Positions 50,213 through 63,090 of a stretch of 64,000 nucleotides of DNA are shown here, in pieces. Positions within the stretch are counted from its first letter, which is position 1. Every line of letters starts with the position of its first letter. Below the pieces are notes generated by a model. It did no database searches and was not told where the DNA came from. It saw nothing but the letters and a program-made list of their open reading frames with translations. Made by a program: the position numbers and the translations under genes. The stretch is from an uncultured Spirochaetota bacterium (GTDB taxonomy: Bacteria; Spirochaetota; Brevinematia; Brevinematales; JAOACQ01): positions 96,001 through 160,000 of the forward strand of contig CAWAOD010000005.1 of NCBI GenBank assembly GCA_963783575.1, in the 5' to 3' direction.

Positions 50213-50455
50213 GTTTTTAGAAAAAGCTGTAATAAAATAATAGTTAATTAACATTTTATATATGGCTATTGGAATTATGGTGAAATCATTTTGATAATTA
50301 TCAGGTATAGCCTTTAATATAACTAAAACTAAAATAAAAATTGTTATAGAAGGTTACCAGATTTATTGTGTCAATAAACTTTCCTTCAAACCATTTTTTT
50401 ATATAATGTTTTAACAGAAGTACTATTTTTCCTATTAACAAATCAGAGGTAAAAA

Positions 50456-51283
50456 ATGCGAATCATATTATCAATAGTACTTATTATTTTCGGTTTTTTT
50501 CTTGGTGCAGTTTGTTATTATTATGCCCTGCAAATAAAAACAGGTCTTGTTCATCGGGAAAAATACTCCAGATTTATTGTAGAATCAGGGCGTATACTTC
50601 CGGACATCATCTATACGAATGCTGAAGGAACAGAAAAAAAGGCGCACCTTGATTCTGGAAGTTATAGCCAGTTTAAGCCGGGAGACCAGATTTTTTTCTA
50701 TTTGTACCCTAAGAATCCGGAATTTGCCACTCCTGATAACTTTCTGAATCTTTATTTTCTGCAACTGCTGGGAGGAATTTTTTCAGTACTGGTAATCATT
50801 ATCGGCATTTTTGTTCTTTCAGGAAAGTTATCTCTGATGGGAGCCACCTTTTCAGCATTAGCAGCTCTTATAATCGCCCTGTGGGGTTTTGGAATCCTGA
50901 AAGGAGAATTTATTTTACAAACAAAAGGAACTCTTATAACCGGGAAAGTTGTTGATATTAATAGTAAGAAGGAGTATACCTATACACATACAACTGGTAA
51001 TAATTTAGTAGATAGAAAGAAAGGATGGACTCGATATCTTAAGTTTCAATATTATGGACCGCAAAATCAACTTCTTCAGGTAACAATTGCAGATCAGGAC
51101 AAAGATTACAAAGTTGGTGATGAAATCCCTCTGGTAGCCGATTTTTCTTCGCGTCCAATAGTTGCGATTCATGACTGGAAGAGTTTTATTACGGGACTTT
51201 TCCTGGTTTCGCTTTTCTCTATTATGTTTACAGCTGCGGCAGTTATTTTTTGGTTTGTGTTTATTGGAAAAATCAGACCATAG
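50456..51283 (+). CDS. Membrane protein with DUF3592-like domains
   Basis: TM + GKVVD...YKVGDEIPL pattern, partly duplicated. Confidence 0.6.
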   Translation: MRIILSIVLIIFGFFLGAVCYYYALQIKTGLVHREKYSRFIVESGRILPDIIYTNAEGTEKKAHLDSGSYSQFKPGDQIFFYLYPKNPEFATPDNFLNLYFLQLLGGIFSVLVIIIGIFVLSGKLSLMGATFSALAALIIALWGFGILKGEFILQTKGTLITGKVVDINSKKEYTYTHTTGNNLVDRKKGWTRYLKFQYYGPQNQLLQVTIADQDKDYKVGDEIPLVADFSSRPIVAIHDWKSFITGLFLVSLFSIMFTAAAVIFWFVFIGKIRP

Positions 51284-51286
51284 AAA

Positions 51287-51447
51287 TGATGGGGCTATCA
51301 TACCTGATCTGCCCGATTGTTCAGTTTTTGGAAGTACCGAAGAAAGAGGCTCTTAAAGAAATAAAAACAGCCATGGAATTATGGATTCAAAACGCGTTAA
51401 AGGATGGAATAAAAATACCTGAACCTAAAGAAAAGGTTATTGCCTGA
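51287..51447 (+). pseudogene. HicB-like antitoxin remnant
   Basis: IPDLPDCSVFGSTEE / EALKEIKTAMELWI...IPEP split across two frames; no start codon. Confidence 0.7.
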
Positions 51448-51504
51448 ATCTACTTATATTTTAAAACGGCATTAAACTTTCGGCAAACTAAGTAACTGTC
51501 CTAT

Positions 51505-51645
51505 GTTGATGAATACAGCGGCACATCATTCATGGTTATCGATTCTGGAAGAAGGCTTATTTTGGTATGGCCTTTTGCTATGCATTTCATTTCGAGCTTT
51601 AGTCCGTTCCATAAAAGCACGCTTTGAGACACCAACCGGGGGAGA
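51505..51645 (+). repeat. att-like repeat, copy 2, ending in the tRNA-Asn 3' core
   Basis: Homologous to 48066-48206; ends ACCGGGGGAGAAT. Confidence 0.8.
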
Positions 51646-51859
51646 ATGGTTGGTGTTTGGGAGTATATACCGGATAACGACTTAAGAGATAGCCCTATAT
51701 CGGGTTGACGCCTGTATAAGACTATTTTTATGCTGTAAGAGCCAGTTATGACCTTGTAAAAGACAAGCCTTAAAGTTCATTCCGTAGATTTTTTTTAAGA
51801 AGCTGATGTAGTTTGTGTGACAAATTTAGGTTATAGACATTAAAGCAGTCTTTCCATAT

Positions 51860-53848
51860 TTATTCTTTCAAAATCATGTCTACGAAAAGAGAAGGATCTT
51901 TTCCTCCTGCAATACCTCCGCCGTATTCCATCCATACCCGCCTTTCACTTCCGTCATTATCGTTCAACAGGAATGAAAAACCAAGATCGAGACCCGGTAA
52001 TATTTTCTCTTTCCTGTTAAAAATAAAGTCCCAGGGTATCGTTACCAGATAAACCGTGTTATTTCCTGTTCTCCGGATTTTACATTCAACGTTTTTCAAA
52101 CTTCCGGGATATTGACCTTTCGGAGCTATCCATCTGAATTTTTCTATTTTTCCTTTGTCGGTGAGCGCGAATCCTATTTCATGGTATCCCTTTCCTCCGG
52201 AAGGATTGGATCTGTATGGATCAAGAGCAAATTGGATGCTGTCCCCATTCCAGATGTTATTTCCGCTTCTGTTCTGAAAATGCCTGTCATCCGTTACGAT
52301 AAATAACCCGTATAGGTAATTATCATCCCATTTCAAATAAGCTTTAGCGCTCAAGTCTTGAGGACCTCCCCAGCCATTCTTCATTACTTTATTATCCATG
52401 CCCAGGGTAAAATCCGGATCATTCGGCAAGCCGCTCAAAATAGAGTCGATATCAGGCTTTTGAGATGTTTTTTTTACTCTGAGAGTCAGAACATCAGTAT
52501 GGTAATCTGCAATCCAGCCGTTTTTAAGCATAACCCTGGCTTTCAAATTTCCCTTAGTGTTTTCAGGCAGCGGGAATTCCCGGGTTATGCCGGGTGACAC
52601 TGAAAAATCCAAAGTTTTTTTATAATCATTATTTTCTATTAGAATTTTTCCGTTGCTTATATCGCTCTTTGTCGGATTGAAAATCTGCAAAGCAATATCC
52701 GCATGATTTGAATCTTTCAAATAAACCAGGGGATTGATTTTCAATTCGATCGGGTCTATCATTTTAATTGAAAGAATATAAGGGCTTTTTTCATTCATTC
52801 CCGGAAATTCAGATTGATAAAAAAGATAAATATTTGTTTTTCTTTCATAAACAGGAATTTTTATCGGGATTTTGATGCTTTCCTGATTTGCGGAGAATTC
52901 GGTTCTTCCCATTAATTTCCAATTATCCGGCAGTTTGAAACTGATTAATCCGCTGTTTGTCATGTCTTTTTTATCCCGGTGAAGATTTAGAACCAGCGTT
53001 TCCTCAGGATAAATATTAATCTCATTTTCTTCCGGTTTAAAGACCGGATGTGTGTAATTGTTCATACATTTATATAAAAATAGTGAAATATGCGAAACCG
53101 CGTCGGCAAAATATTTATTGTCCGAACTGCCTTCCATTACTCCATGTGACGCGCCTTCCATAGTAAATAATTCATTAAAAATTCCGTTATCCGTTAATTT
53201 TTTAGCAAGTTCAACACTTCCTTTATAAGGAACAGTCGTGTCTTTTGTGCCATGAATAAAAATAGTCGGGGTACGGGATAGTTTTAAAAACGGGAATGAA
53301 ATTGATCCATAAATATTTATAATTGCGATCAGGCCGCTTTTATCCGTAAAATTGTTAGCGATTACTCCTCCGGATGAAGCTCCGCCCAAAGCGATTAAAT
53401 TTGTATTTATCCCATACTTTGCACTGTTTTGTTTTACCCAGGTTATAGCGTTTTCCGTATCCTCAATAGCGTCCTTCAAAGCAAATGGCAAAACAAATTC
53501 AGGGTGTTCTTTCAACCGGTAATCGATTGAAACTGCAACGTAACCCCGTTTGGCAAGAGCTTCGGCCAGACCGGCAAGCAGAGTTTTACTGCCCCCGGAA
53601 AAAGCCCCGCCGTGTGCCAGGATAATAACCGGCCGATTGGTTTCCATATCATTAGCCGGTTGATAAATATCCAGTGAAAGATTTTTATTTTGCCGGGTAT
53701 AAACAATATCCTTTTCTAAGTCAATTTTATCAAAAATGGGCATTAAATAACGAAGATTTTTTCCCTCCTTATTTTGCGCAAATCCTTCTGAGGGAAAAAG
53801 AATAATAATTGACGCAACCGTAATCAAATTCAGTAAGATATTTCTCAT
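51860..53848 (-). CDS. Secreted alpha/beta hydrolase (esterase) fused to a CBM9-like sugar-binding domain
   Basis: HGGAF, GASSGG nucleophile, HGTKDTTVP; C-terminal WDDNYLY...WNGDSIQF...NDND. Confidence 0.8.
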   Translation of the reverse strand: MRNILLNLITVASIIILFPSEGFAQNKEGKNLRYLMPIFDKIDLEKDIVYTRQNKNLSLDIYQPANDMETNRPVIILAHGGAFSGGSKTLLAGLAEALAKRGYVAVSIDYRLKEHPEFVLPFALKDAIEDTENAITWVKQNSAKYGINTNLIALGGASSGGVIANNFTDKSGLIAIINIYGSISFPFLKLSRTPTIFIHGTKDTTVPYKGSVELAKKLTDNGIFNELFTMEGASHGVMEGSSDNKYFADAVSHISLFLYKCMNNYTHPVFKPEENEINIYPEETLVLNLHRDKKDMTNSGLISFKLPDNWKLMGRTEFSANQESIKIPIKIPVYERKTNIYLFYQSEFPGMNEKSPYILSIKMIDPIELKINPLVYLKDSNHADIALQIFNPTKSDISNGKILIENNDYKKTLDFSVSPGITREFPLPENTKGNLKARVMLKNGWIADYHTDVLTLRVKKTSQKPDIDSILSGLPNDPDFTLGMDNKVMKNGWGGPQDLSAKAYLKWDDNYLYGLFIVTDDRHFQNRSGNNIWNGDSIQFALDPYRSNPSGGKGYHEIGFALTDKGKIEKFRWIAPKGQYPGSLKNVECKIRRTGNNTVYLVTIPWDFIFNRKEKILPGLDLGFSFLLNDNDGSERRVWMEYGGGIAGGKDPSLFVDMILKE

Positions 53849-54093
53849 AGGTAATTCCTCCTTAATATAAAAACTTTTCTACAGGCTCCTTTAATATCTT
53901 AATCCAAGTAATTATTAGTTTTATCGTAACAGTAAAATGATAACCCACTTTCATGTAAAAAAAAATCGGGGGAAAACCCTGATTTTTTAATACACTTTTC
54001 TCGGGGTATGCCCTGATATGCAATTATTAGAGATTAGTCAATTTAACTGAGACCACTGGATTTATGGTTTTTCAATGAACTGCTTAAACGGGC

Positions 54094-54124
54094 TGATGAA
54101 TAAAGCGGCGCATCAGTTAACGGT
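54094..54124 (+). repeat. Partial third copy of the att-associated repeat
   Basis: TGATGAATAAAGCGGCGCATCA matches the 5' part of copies 1 and 2. Confidence 0.6.
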
Positions 54125-54125
54125 T

Positions 54126-54452
54126 TCAATTTTCCGGCGAACGCAGGCCTGTGCTCTGCAGCTTTTTGAACGCGTCGTCGATCATTTTAAGCCTGTTGTT
54201 GACTTTTTTAACGGAAATTTCAAGGGTATATCCCTCATCCAGCAATTCCTTGATTAGCAGCATTTTTTTTATAGTCTGATAATCGTAACGCCTTGTCTTA
54301 GTCTGGGCATTTAGGGAAGTGATATATCCCTTTGATTCCCAGTACCTTATCTGCCTCTGGGGAATGCCTGTAATTTCAGATACTTCGCCAATTCCTATAA
54401 TCAGCCTGCTTAATAAATCGATATCCGCTTTTTCTATTTTATTCTCTTCCAT
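54126..54452 (-). CDS. MerR family transcriptional regulator
   Basis: IGIGEVSEITGIPQRQIRYWESKG...RRYD. Confidence 0.88.
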   Translation of the reverse strand: MEENKIEKADIDLLSRLIIGIGEVSEITGIPQRQIRYWESKGYITSLNAQTKTRRYDYQTIKKMLLIKELLDEGYTLEISVKKVNNRLKMIDDAFKKLQSTGLRSPEN

Positions 54453-54790
54453 GTGTAAATTATAATTTAATAAAATAAAATGTCAATATTTTAGATGCAA
54501 TGTTGACATTCTCATTAAATTGTATTATAATTACATCTATTGTATATATGTTACAATTATGGGAAGTATTAATCATGTTTAAATTTATTCTCTTTGAAGT
54601 AAAATTAGGCTGACTGCGTATAGAGGGCAGCCCTGCTATAAAATTAAATTAAACGGAGGATAAAGATATTACACCGGAGATGAAAGCTTTTATGGATAGG
54701 ACGGGAAGGGTCTCATTAAATGCAGACAGCGGCGGGTTTCTTATTCGTAAAGCCGGCGCCTCAGTTACTGCGGTAAGAAGGGGTGGCGCT

Positions 54791-56141
54791 CATAAGAGCT
54801 AACTTGATTCTTGATATTTTTACAAATCATAGCTATAATATTTATATGGAGGCGGCTATGATTAATGAAGATTGGAATATTTTAGTTTCAATGTTTCCAA
54901 TAGGTTGGCGTGAAAAGGCAAAGGAAACGGGTGCATTAAGGGGATTGCGTAAGTGCAAATCTGAGGAGGACTTGCTCAGAACCCTTTTGATTCATCTGGC
55001 TGGCGGGTTTTCTCTAAGAGAAACAGTAGTAAGGGCTCGTGAAGCCAATTTAGCAGATTTATCTGATGTTGCCTTGCTGAAGCGATTAAGAAAGAGTTCG
55101 GATTGGTTGGCGTCATTATGTGAAGGTTTATTTGAGGAGCGAGGTGTGAAACTGGAAAATAAAGATGGATTTGAAGTTCGCCTTCTTGATGCTACTGTAG
55201 TTAAAGAACCTGGAAGGACGGGAAGTTTATGGAAGGTTCATTACAGTCTTAGACTACCTACATTCAAGTGTGACTACTTTCGCGTAACTCAAATGAACGG
55301 TATAGGGACGGGTGAGTCGTTTAAACAATTTGATTTGAAACCGGGTGATTATATTATAGGTGATCGAGGTTATGGTCAGGCTCCGGGAATAAAGTTTGCC
55401 GTTGAGCAGAAAGCTTCTCTATTGGTCCGCATCAGCCCTCATCATGTTGTAGTTAGCGATTCATCCGGTAAGCCATTTAATTGGCTGGATAGATTATCAG
55501 AAGTTTCGAAATCGGGACAAGCATGTTCATGGAATGTTCATTTACAATGCCCTGATAAAACCACTGTTTCCGGTAGAGTTTGTGTTATAAGAAAATCTGA
55601 ACAAGCTATTCTTAAGGCTCACAAACGTATTAAAAAGCATGCTATAAAAAAGAGTCAGAAGTTAAAACCGGAGACACTAATATATGCGGAGTTTGTGATT
55701 GTATTCACAACTTTTGAAGAGTCAAGTTTTCCGCCGGCAGAAATACTGCGATGGTATAGATTACGATGGCAGGTTGAATTAGTATTTAAACGTTTTAAGC
55801 AACTTGCGGAACTTGGGCATTTGCCTAAATATACAGATGAAAGTTCCAAGGCTTGGCTGTATGGCAAATTGTTTGTGGCCCTGTTAAACGAAAAACTTAT
55901 CTGGCAAGCCCAGACTTTTTCCCCCTGGGGTTATGATATTATTAATCAGGGCAGGGATAGTAAGCCGTTGGCGTGAATTTGCATTTATGCTTCATGAAAT
56001 GCAGAGAGTAATTATTCCATGCCTTTCGCTTACCGGTATTTTTATAAATTGGATAAGAATTTCCAGAGGACTTATTAATAAAAAGAGAAGAAGAAAAATG
56101 CAAATTGTGGAATATTTTTCCTTAACAAGTTAGCGCTTATG
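54791..56141 (+). mobile_element. IS4-family insertion sequence (1351 bp)
   Basis: IRs CATAAGAGCTAACTTG / CAAGTTAGCGCTTATG; 11-bp TSD GGGGTGGCGCT at 54780-54790 and 56142-56152. Confidence 0.92.
54846..55976 (+). CDS. IS4 family transposase
   Basis: LLDAT, GDRGY, YRLRWQVELVFKRFK (YREK) motifs. Confidence 0.92.
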   Translation: MEAAMINEDWNILVSMFPIGWREKAKETGALRGLRKCKSEEDLLRTLLIHLAGGFSLRETVVRAREANLADLSDVALLKRLRKSSDWLASLCEGLFEERGVKLENKDGFEVRLLDATVVKEPGRTGSLWKVHYSLRLPTFKCDYFRVTQMNGIGTGESFKQFDLKPGDYIIGDRGYGQAPGIKFAVEQKASLLVRISPHHVVVSDSSGKPFNWLDRLSEVSKSGQACSWNVHLQCPDKTTVSGRVCVIRKSEQAILKAHKRIKKHAIKKSQKLKPETLIYAEFVIVFTTFEESSFPPAEILRWYRLRWQVELVFKRFKQLAELGHLPKYTDESSKAWLYGKLFVALLNEKLIWQAQTFSPWGYDIINQGRDSKPLA

Positions 56142-56469
56142 GGGGTGGCGCTTCCCATGCATTGGACTCGATGAACCACTGGCTCCACTATCAACAGACA
56201 TACATGGTCGGTTCGAGTTACTGGGACATGGTTTACTGCCGTGAAATTGGTGATGCTGAAAAAGACGAGGAGGGAATCAGGACAATGAAAAGACTGGGTG
56301 AAAATATGGTTTTCCTTCTTGAGAAATTGTATAAATAAAAAATAACTGCGGGGATCCAAAAACAGGAGCTTTGTTTTGATTAATGAGTATGATGAAGATA
56401 GTATAGTAACTGGTTGAAAACTTTATCAGAACGAAAGTTAATATATTGAAATTATAAAGACGGAGGGCA

Positions 56470-57198
56470 ATGACAATGGATAAAAGAAAGATAGCCCTGA
56501 TAACAGGAGCAAATAAAGGTATCGGCTACGAAACAGCAAGACAATTGGGGAAAATGGGAATTTTTGTCTTACTTGGAGCAAGAAATGAGGAAAGAGGCTC
56601 TAAGGCAGAGGCGGCTTTGGCAAATGAAGGGATAAATGCGCGCTTTATTTTACTGGACGTTACCAAACAGGATTCAATTGACGCCGCAGCAAGACTAATT
56701 GAAAAAGAGTACGGATTACTCGATGTCCTGATAAATAATGCTGGGATTTTGTTAGAAAAAGGCGCGGTTCCAAGTCAAATTGAATTATTCGTTTTGAAAG
56801 AAACATTTGAGACTAACTTTTTTGGTATGTTTGCAGTGACAAAAGCAATGTTGCCTTTGGTTAAGAAATCTTCTAATGGAAGAATTGTCAATCTTTCAAG
56901 CGGACTCGGTTCATTAACAATGCATAGCGCCCCCGGATCAGTCAGTCAAAACACACTTGCTTATAACTGCTCTAAGACAGCCGTTAATGCATTAACAGTC
57001 CTTTTTGCCAAAGAGCTTAAAGACACAAAAATTAAAATCAATGCTGCGGCTCCCGGCTATACGGATACCGATATAAATAATCATATGGGTACTCGCACAG
57101 TAAATCAAGCAGCTGTAATAATCATTCGCCTTGCCACGTTAGATGAGAATGGACCAACCGGCGGTTTTTTTGATGAAAACGGAGTTGTTCCCTGGTAG
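56470..57198 (+). CDS. SDR family oxidoreductase
   Basis: TGANKGIG, NNAG, YNCSK, PGYTDTD. Confidence 0.92.
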   Translation: MTMDKRKIALITGANKGIGYETARQLGKMGIFVLLGARNEERGSKAEAALANEGINARFILLDVTKQDSIDAAARLIEKEYGLLDVLINNAGILLEKGAVPSQIELFVLKETFETNFFGMFAVTKAMLPLVKKSSNGRIVNLSSGLGSLTMHSAPGSVSQNTLAYNCSKTAVNALTVLFAKELKDTKIKINAAAPGYTDTDINNHMGTRTVNQAAVIIIRLATLDENGPTGGFFDENGVVPW

Positions 57199-57691
57199 CC
57201 GAAAGTCGTGTACATTAATCAAAAGCGTTCGCTGAACTATACGCCATTCTGGAGTCGTTCCCGATGTTTTGTGTTAAAATATATACAAGCCCGGCAGGAT
57301 AGATGGAACGTCTGGTATTGTTAAAAATTAAGTATTAAGTTAAAGGCGAGGCCGGGGTAAGATTTTTGGACTTACTGAAAAACTTGTAATCTCTGTACAA
57401 TTCGGTTTGTACTAAATGTTGTTATCTATAGATAAGCGGATATTCTTCCTGATTTTTCAATGAATCCATTTATAGATCGTTATCCAGATCCGGTTAGTGG
57501 AGATTCCCAGTGGAGTCTCTTTCATTGTTTCATGGACTGCATCGTATTTTTCTTGATCCATGGTTAATTTTAGTTATCCAGATAATATTCTTTCCGTCAA
57601 TATCCGGCCATAAACTAAATGGCATAATCTGAATTATTAAGCTATATTCTCAGTCAACATAACAGATCTTGAAAAATATTTTTAAAAATCC

Positions 57692-57722
57692 TTGACTTAG
57701 AGTTAACTCCAGGGTTTATAAT
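57692..57722 (+). promoter_or_regulatory. MerR-type promoter/operator
   Basis: TTGACT-19 bp-TATAAT with dyad GAGTTAACTC in the spacer, upstream of the MerR-AKR operon. Confidence 0.75.
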
Positions 57723-57773
57723 TATATTATAATAACAAACTACACGAACCAATATCTAAGGAGGTTTAATCAC

Positions 57774-58157
57774 ATGACTATAGCGGAAGTTGGGAAGAAA
57801 TACGATCTTACACAAGATACGCTGCGTTATTATGAACGTGTCGGACTAATCCCTTTTGTTAACCGTAAAAGCGGAATCAGGAATTATATGGAAGAGGACT
57901 GCAGGTGGATCGAATTCGCAAAGTGCATGAGAAATGCCGGTATGCCGGTCGAAGCTTTAATAAAGTATGTAACACTTTTCCAGCAGGGCGAAGTCACTGC
58001 TCCGGCGAGGAAGCAGCTTTTGATTGAACAGCGTGATCTGATGATGCAAAAGAAGAAGGAATTGGAAAAAACGATCGAGCGCCTGAATATGAAAATCGAA
58101 AGATATGAGCAGACGGTGGTATTGGCGGAAAAAGATTTGAAAAGAACAGAATATTAG
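57774..58157 (+). CDS. MerR family regulator (AdhR-like)
   Basis: MTIAEV...DTLRYYERVGLIP...CMRNAGM. Confidence 0.9.
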   Translation: MTIAEVGKKYDLTQDTLRYYERVGLIPFVNRKSGIRNYMEEDCRWIEFAKCMRNAGMPVEALIKYVTLFQQGEVTAPARKQLLIEQRDLMMQKKKELEKTIERLNMKIERYEQTVVLAEKDLKRTEY

Positions 58158-58184
58158 ATTATTTTTTAATTTGGAAGGAGATAA

Positions 58185-59168
<984 letters not shown>

Positions 59169-59181
59169 AGCTCCGGTCTGA

Positions 59182-60218
<1,037 letters not shown>

Positions 60219-60271
60219 CAAAGTGAATGGAGAATCATTAATTTTAGAAGTCATTTGACCAGGAGGTCATT

Positions 60272-61098
60272 ATGGGTAGTTTAACGGCACTAATTGGATC
60301 TGGTTCAATAGGTGTCGCAATCGCGAGAAGAGTGAGCGCCGGAAAGCATATTCTGCTCTGTGATTTACGGCAGGAAAATGCGGAGGCAGCAGCCGCAGTT
60401 TTGAGTAATGCGGGATTTGAGGTCAGCACTGCGGCCGTCGATGTATCATCGCGCAAAGCAGTTGAGAATCTTGCTGAAAAAGCCTCCAGCCTTGGCGATG
60501 TGACTGGAGTTATTCACGCTGCCGGCGTTTCGCCTTCGCAAGCTCCGGTAGCTGCGATTTTGAAAGTGGATTTGTATGGTACAGCCCTCGTACTTGAAGT
60601 ATTCGGAAACGTCATTGCACGCGGAGGTTCCGGTGTAGTGATTGCTTCCCAATCGGGGCATCGTTTGGGCGCTCTCACGGATGAACAAAATAAGCTTCTT
60701 GCGACAACGCCGGCCGATCAGCTTTTATCGCTTCCAATGCTCCAGCCGGACCAGGTGAAGGATACTTTGCACGCTTATCAGCTCTCAAAACGCGGAAACG
60801 CTTTGCGAGTGATGGCAGAAGCCGTGAGATGGGGTAAGCGGGGCGCCCGTGTCAATACAATCAGTCCCGGCATTATTATCACTCCACTCGCGAAAGATGA
60901 ACTAAAAGGCCCTCGTGGAGAAGGTTACCGCCGCATGATTGAGGCTGCCCTGTCGGGAGAGCAGGTACTTCTGACGAGGTTGCCAATGTCGCGGCGCTTC
61001 TTATGGGGCCGGACGGCGCTTTTATCACCGGCAGCGATATTCTGATGGATGGCGGGGTTACTTCTTCGTTCTTCTTTGGGGAGCTTGCCCCGAAATGA
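60272..61098 (+). CDS. SDR family oxidoreductase, frameshifted near 60945
   Basis: AAGVSPSQA, YQLSK, ISPGIIITPL; C-terminus CPVGRAGTSDEVA...FITGSDILMDGG in another frame. Confidence 0.8.
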
Positions 61099-61173
61099 GT
61101 AGATAATTGAGTCTACAGGAACGGCTATGATTTGATTTTCACTGGCTATCTTAAATTGATAAGGAGGAAAATT

Positions 61174-61561
61174 ATAAGTACAAACGATCTGAGCAAAAGA
61201 GTAATTTTTCCTATGGGAGATAAACTTGTAAGCAATAATTTCAAAGGAACTGTATGGCTTAAAATGCTGACCCCTTCAGGTTAAGCCTGTCCCATCGGGA
61301 ATGTGACCTTTGAGCCGGGATGCCGCAACAATTGGCACAATCATGCAGGCGGTCAGGTTTTACTTGTGACCGGCGGCTGGGGGTTAAAGGCCTGCATGGT
61401 TTACCAATGCGGATAAAGTGGATTATGAAATTACGGAAAAAGACAAACCGGAAAAAGGCTCAGTGATTTCTCAAAAAAGCCTGGCGGCTTTCATCGTTAA
61501 AATTATTGAGTTTCCTGAAAAGTATATTCGTGAATATCCGGGAGTGAACAAGCCGGAGTGA
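61174..61561 (+). pseudogene. Fused remnants of a cupin-domain gene and an NAD(P)H-binding oxidoreductase C-terminus
   Basis: [27 protein letters not shown] (with upstream in-frame stop, ATA start) joined to [17 protein letters not shown]...GVNKP. Confidence 0.7.
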
Positions 61562-61595
61562 AACTGGATGCAGTAACGGCGTAGCGCAAATAGAG

Positions 61596-62398
61596 TCATT
61601 TGATAACATTTGAAACTTCAGTTAGTATTAATGTTAGACCTGTCGTACTTTCTTTAATAATCCTTCTTGCGGGGCCGTCCTCAATCCAGAATATGGAATT
61701 CCGGGTTATTTGGCCAATTAATTTATCAAGAAAAGGATCTGTTACAGATGAAGTAACTTTTATAGTCTTAAATGTTCCTGCCGGAGTTGATATTGTTTCA
61801 TGACCCTAAGACATGTATAGTAAATGGTATCGTTTCTTTTAAAAGCAATGGAATAAAAATATAACTCGTTCCATTATCATTGATATCTAAGAAACGGGGA
61901 AGGAAAATGCTGGAACTACTGTCCCCAAATGGGTACCCTTTCTTAATGGGGATACGGCTTTTTTTTGTACCATTGACCCCATTTACACGATCTACCTCAG
62001 TATAATGAATCATTGATGATTTATCATCATATAAATAATCCATCGATAATGGTCCTTTATAATTATTATTTGTTTCAAGATAATGGAAGTCTTTATGCAT
62101 AGCGACCGATGAACAAAGCGATAAAGATATCTGATACCAATCAGGAAAGTTTTTATAATCAGCAATTTGTTTTTCTCCATAGCTGAGATACTGAATGTAT
62201 TCATAGATATATACTATTTTTCCCCATTTGGGGTTATTCTCATAACGGGATATTAAAGTCCAATTATAAATGTTATCACCTCCATTAAAGCCTTTATAAA
62301 ATAAATATTCTCCATCGTCAATATTTGGGTTGGAACCTTTTTGCGGGACATTATTTCCCGTGGAACAGGAAACGAAGATGATTGTGAGAATTGTCATT
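61596..62398 (-). pseudogene. Lipoprotein (DUF3108-like C-terminus), frameshifted near 61800
   Basis: MTILTIIFVSC lipobox; ETISTPAGTFKTIKV continues in a different frame. Confidence 0.55.
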
Positions 62399-62419
62399 AT
62401 AATAAAAATTAAAAGATTT

Positions 62420-62535
62420 TTCGGGCCCGGTAGGGCGAAAATACTGCCTCTTTTTATATCAAGTTCCTCTCCATTTATAACAGTTGTATTTTTATAGGAT
62501 TTCATTAATCCATTCAAATTAAAAAATATATTCAT
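62420..62535 (-). pseudogene. N-terminal fragment of an ABC transporter ATPase
   Basis: LMKSYKNTTVING..LDIKRGSIFALPGP resembles the pre-Walker A segment. Confidence 0.45.
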
Positions 62536-62549
62536 ATTTAACCTCTCTA

Positions 62550-63090
62550 TTCTTTATCAGCCGATCACTGTAACTTTTGATAAATCAGCATCCATGCCTT
62601 TAAGAACTGCATAAGTGATTTAATCCATTGACGCACCGTCAAAGCATATAGTTTTAACAGCACGGAAGTATTTTTTTGAAAATACTATTGGTGAGCAGAA
62701 TGAAACATTTTTTATCAGGGAATTTCTAACAGATGCCCCCTCCAGAAATGACTTATCAAAACAACTCCAATAAATGTCTGATTGTCAAAACTAATTCCAA
62801 GTGCATTTTTCAAACCGGCTTTTTCGAAGGTCCATCATTATCAGTTGTGTTTTATCAAGTTTTGCTCCGCTGAAAATAACATCGCTTGTGCCGGATTTAT
62901 CAAAACGAGTGCCTTTCAGGATTGTATTCCTGAAACTGCGGTTGTTCAAATCAGACATAAGCAGGGATGCTCCCGAATGCTTCGCATTGTCAATTTGTAT
63001 TACTGACATTGCTGATGTTGAATGAGCTGCCGGTAAGGTCCGCCCCGGAAACATCCTTAAAGTCTGTATCCGGAAGGTTGCTTGCCGATC
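62550..63090 (-). pseudogene. Degraded pentapeptide-repeat protein
   Basis: Fragments with xxF/Lxx pentapeptide periodicity (FRNTILKGTRFDKS...FSGAKLDKT) broken by stops. Confidence 0.55.

Larger units (their letters stand above)
54665..56338 (+). pseudogene. Flavodoxin-family gene, 5'-deleted and interrupted by IS4
   Basis: ITPEMKAFMDR...VRRGGA | SHALDSMNH...GSSYW...DEEGIRTMKRLGENM rejoin on removing 54791-56152. Confidence 0.8.

Noticed and set aside
54595..54650. Possible riboswitch upstream of the flavodoxin remnant
   Set aside because: Only one short stem (GGCTG/CAGCC) and no recognisable aptamer consensus
57200..57660. Possible degraded transposase (IS91-like) on the minus strand
   Set aside because: Many stops and no motif or end sequence that could be identified with confidence
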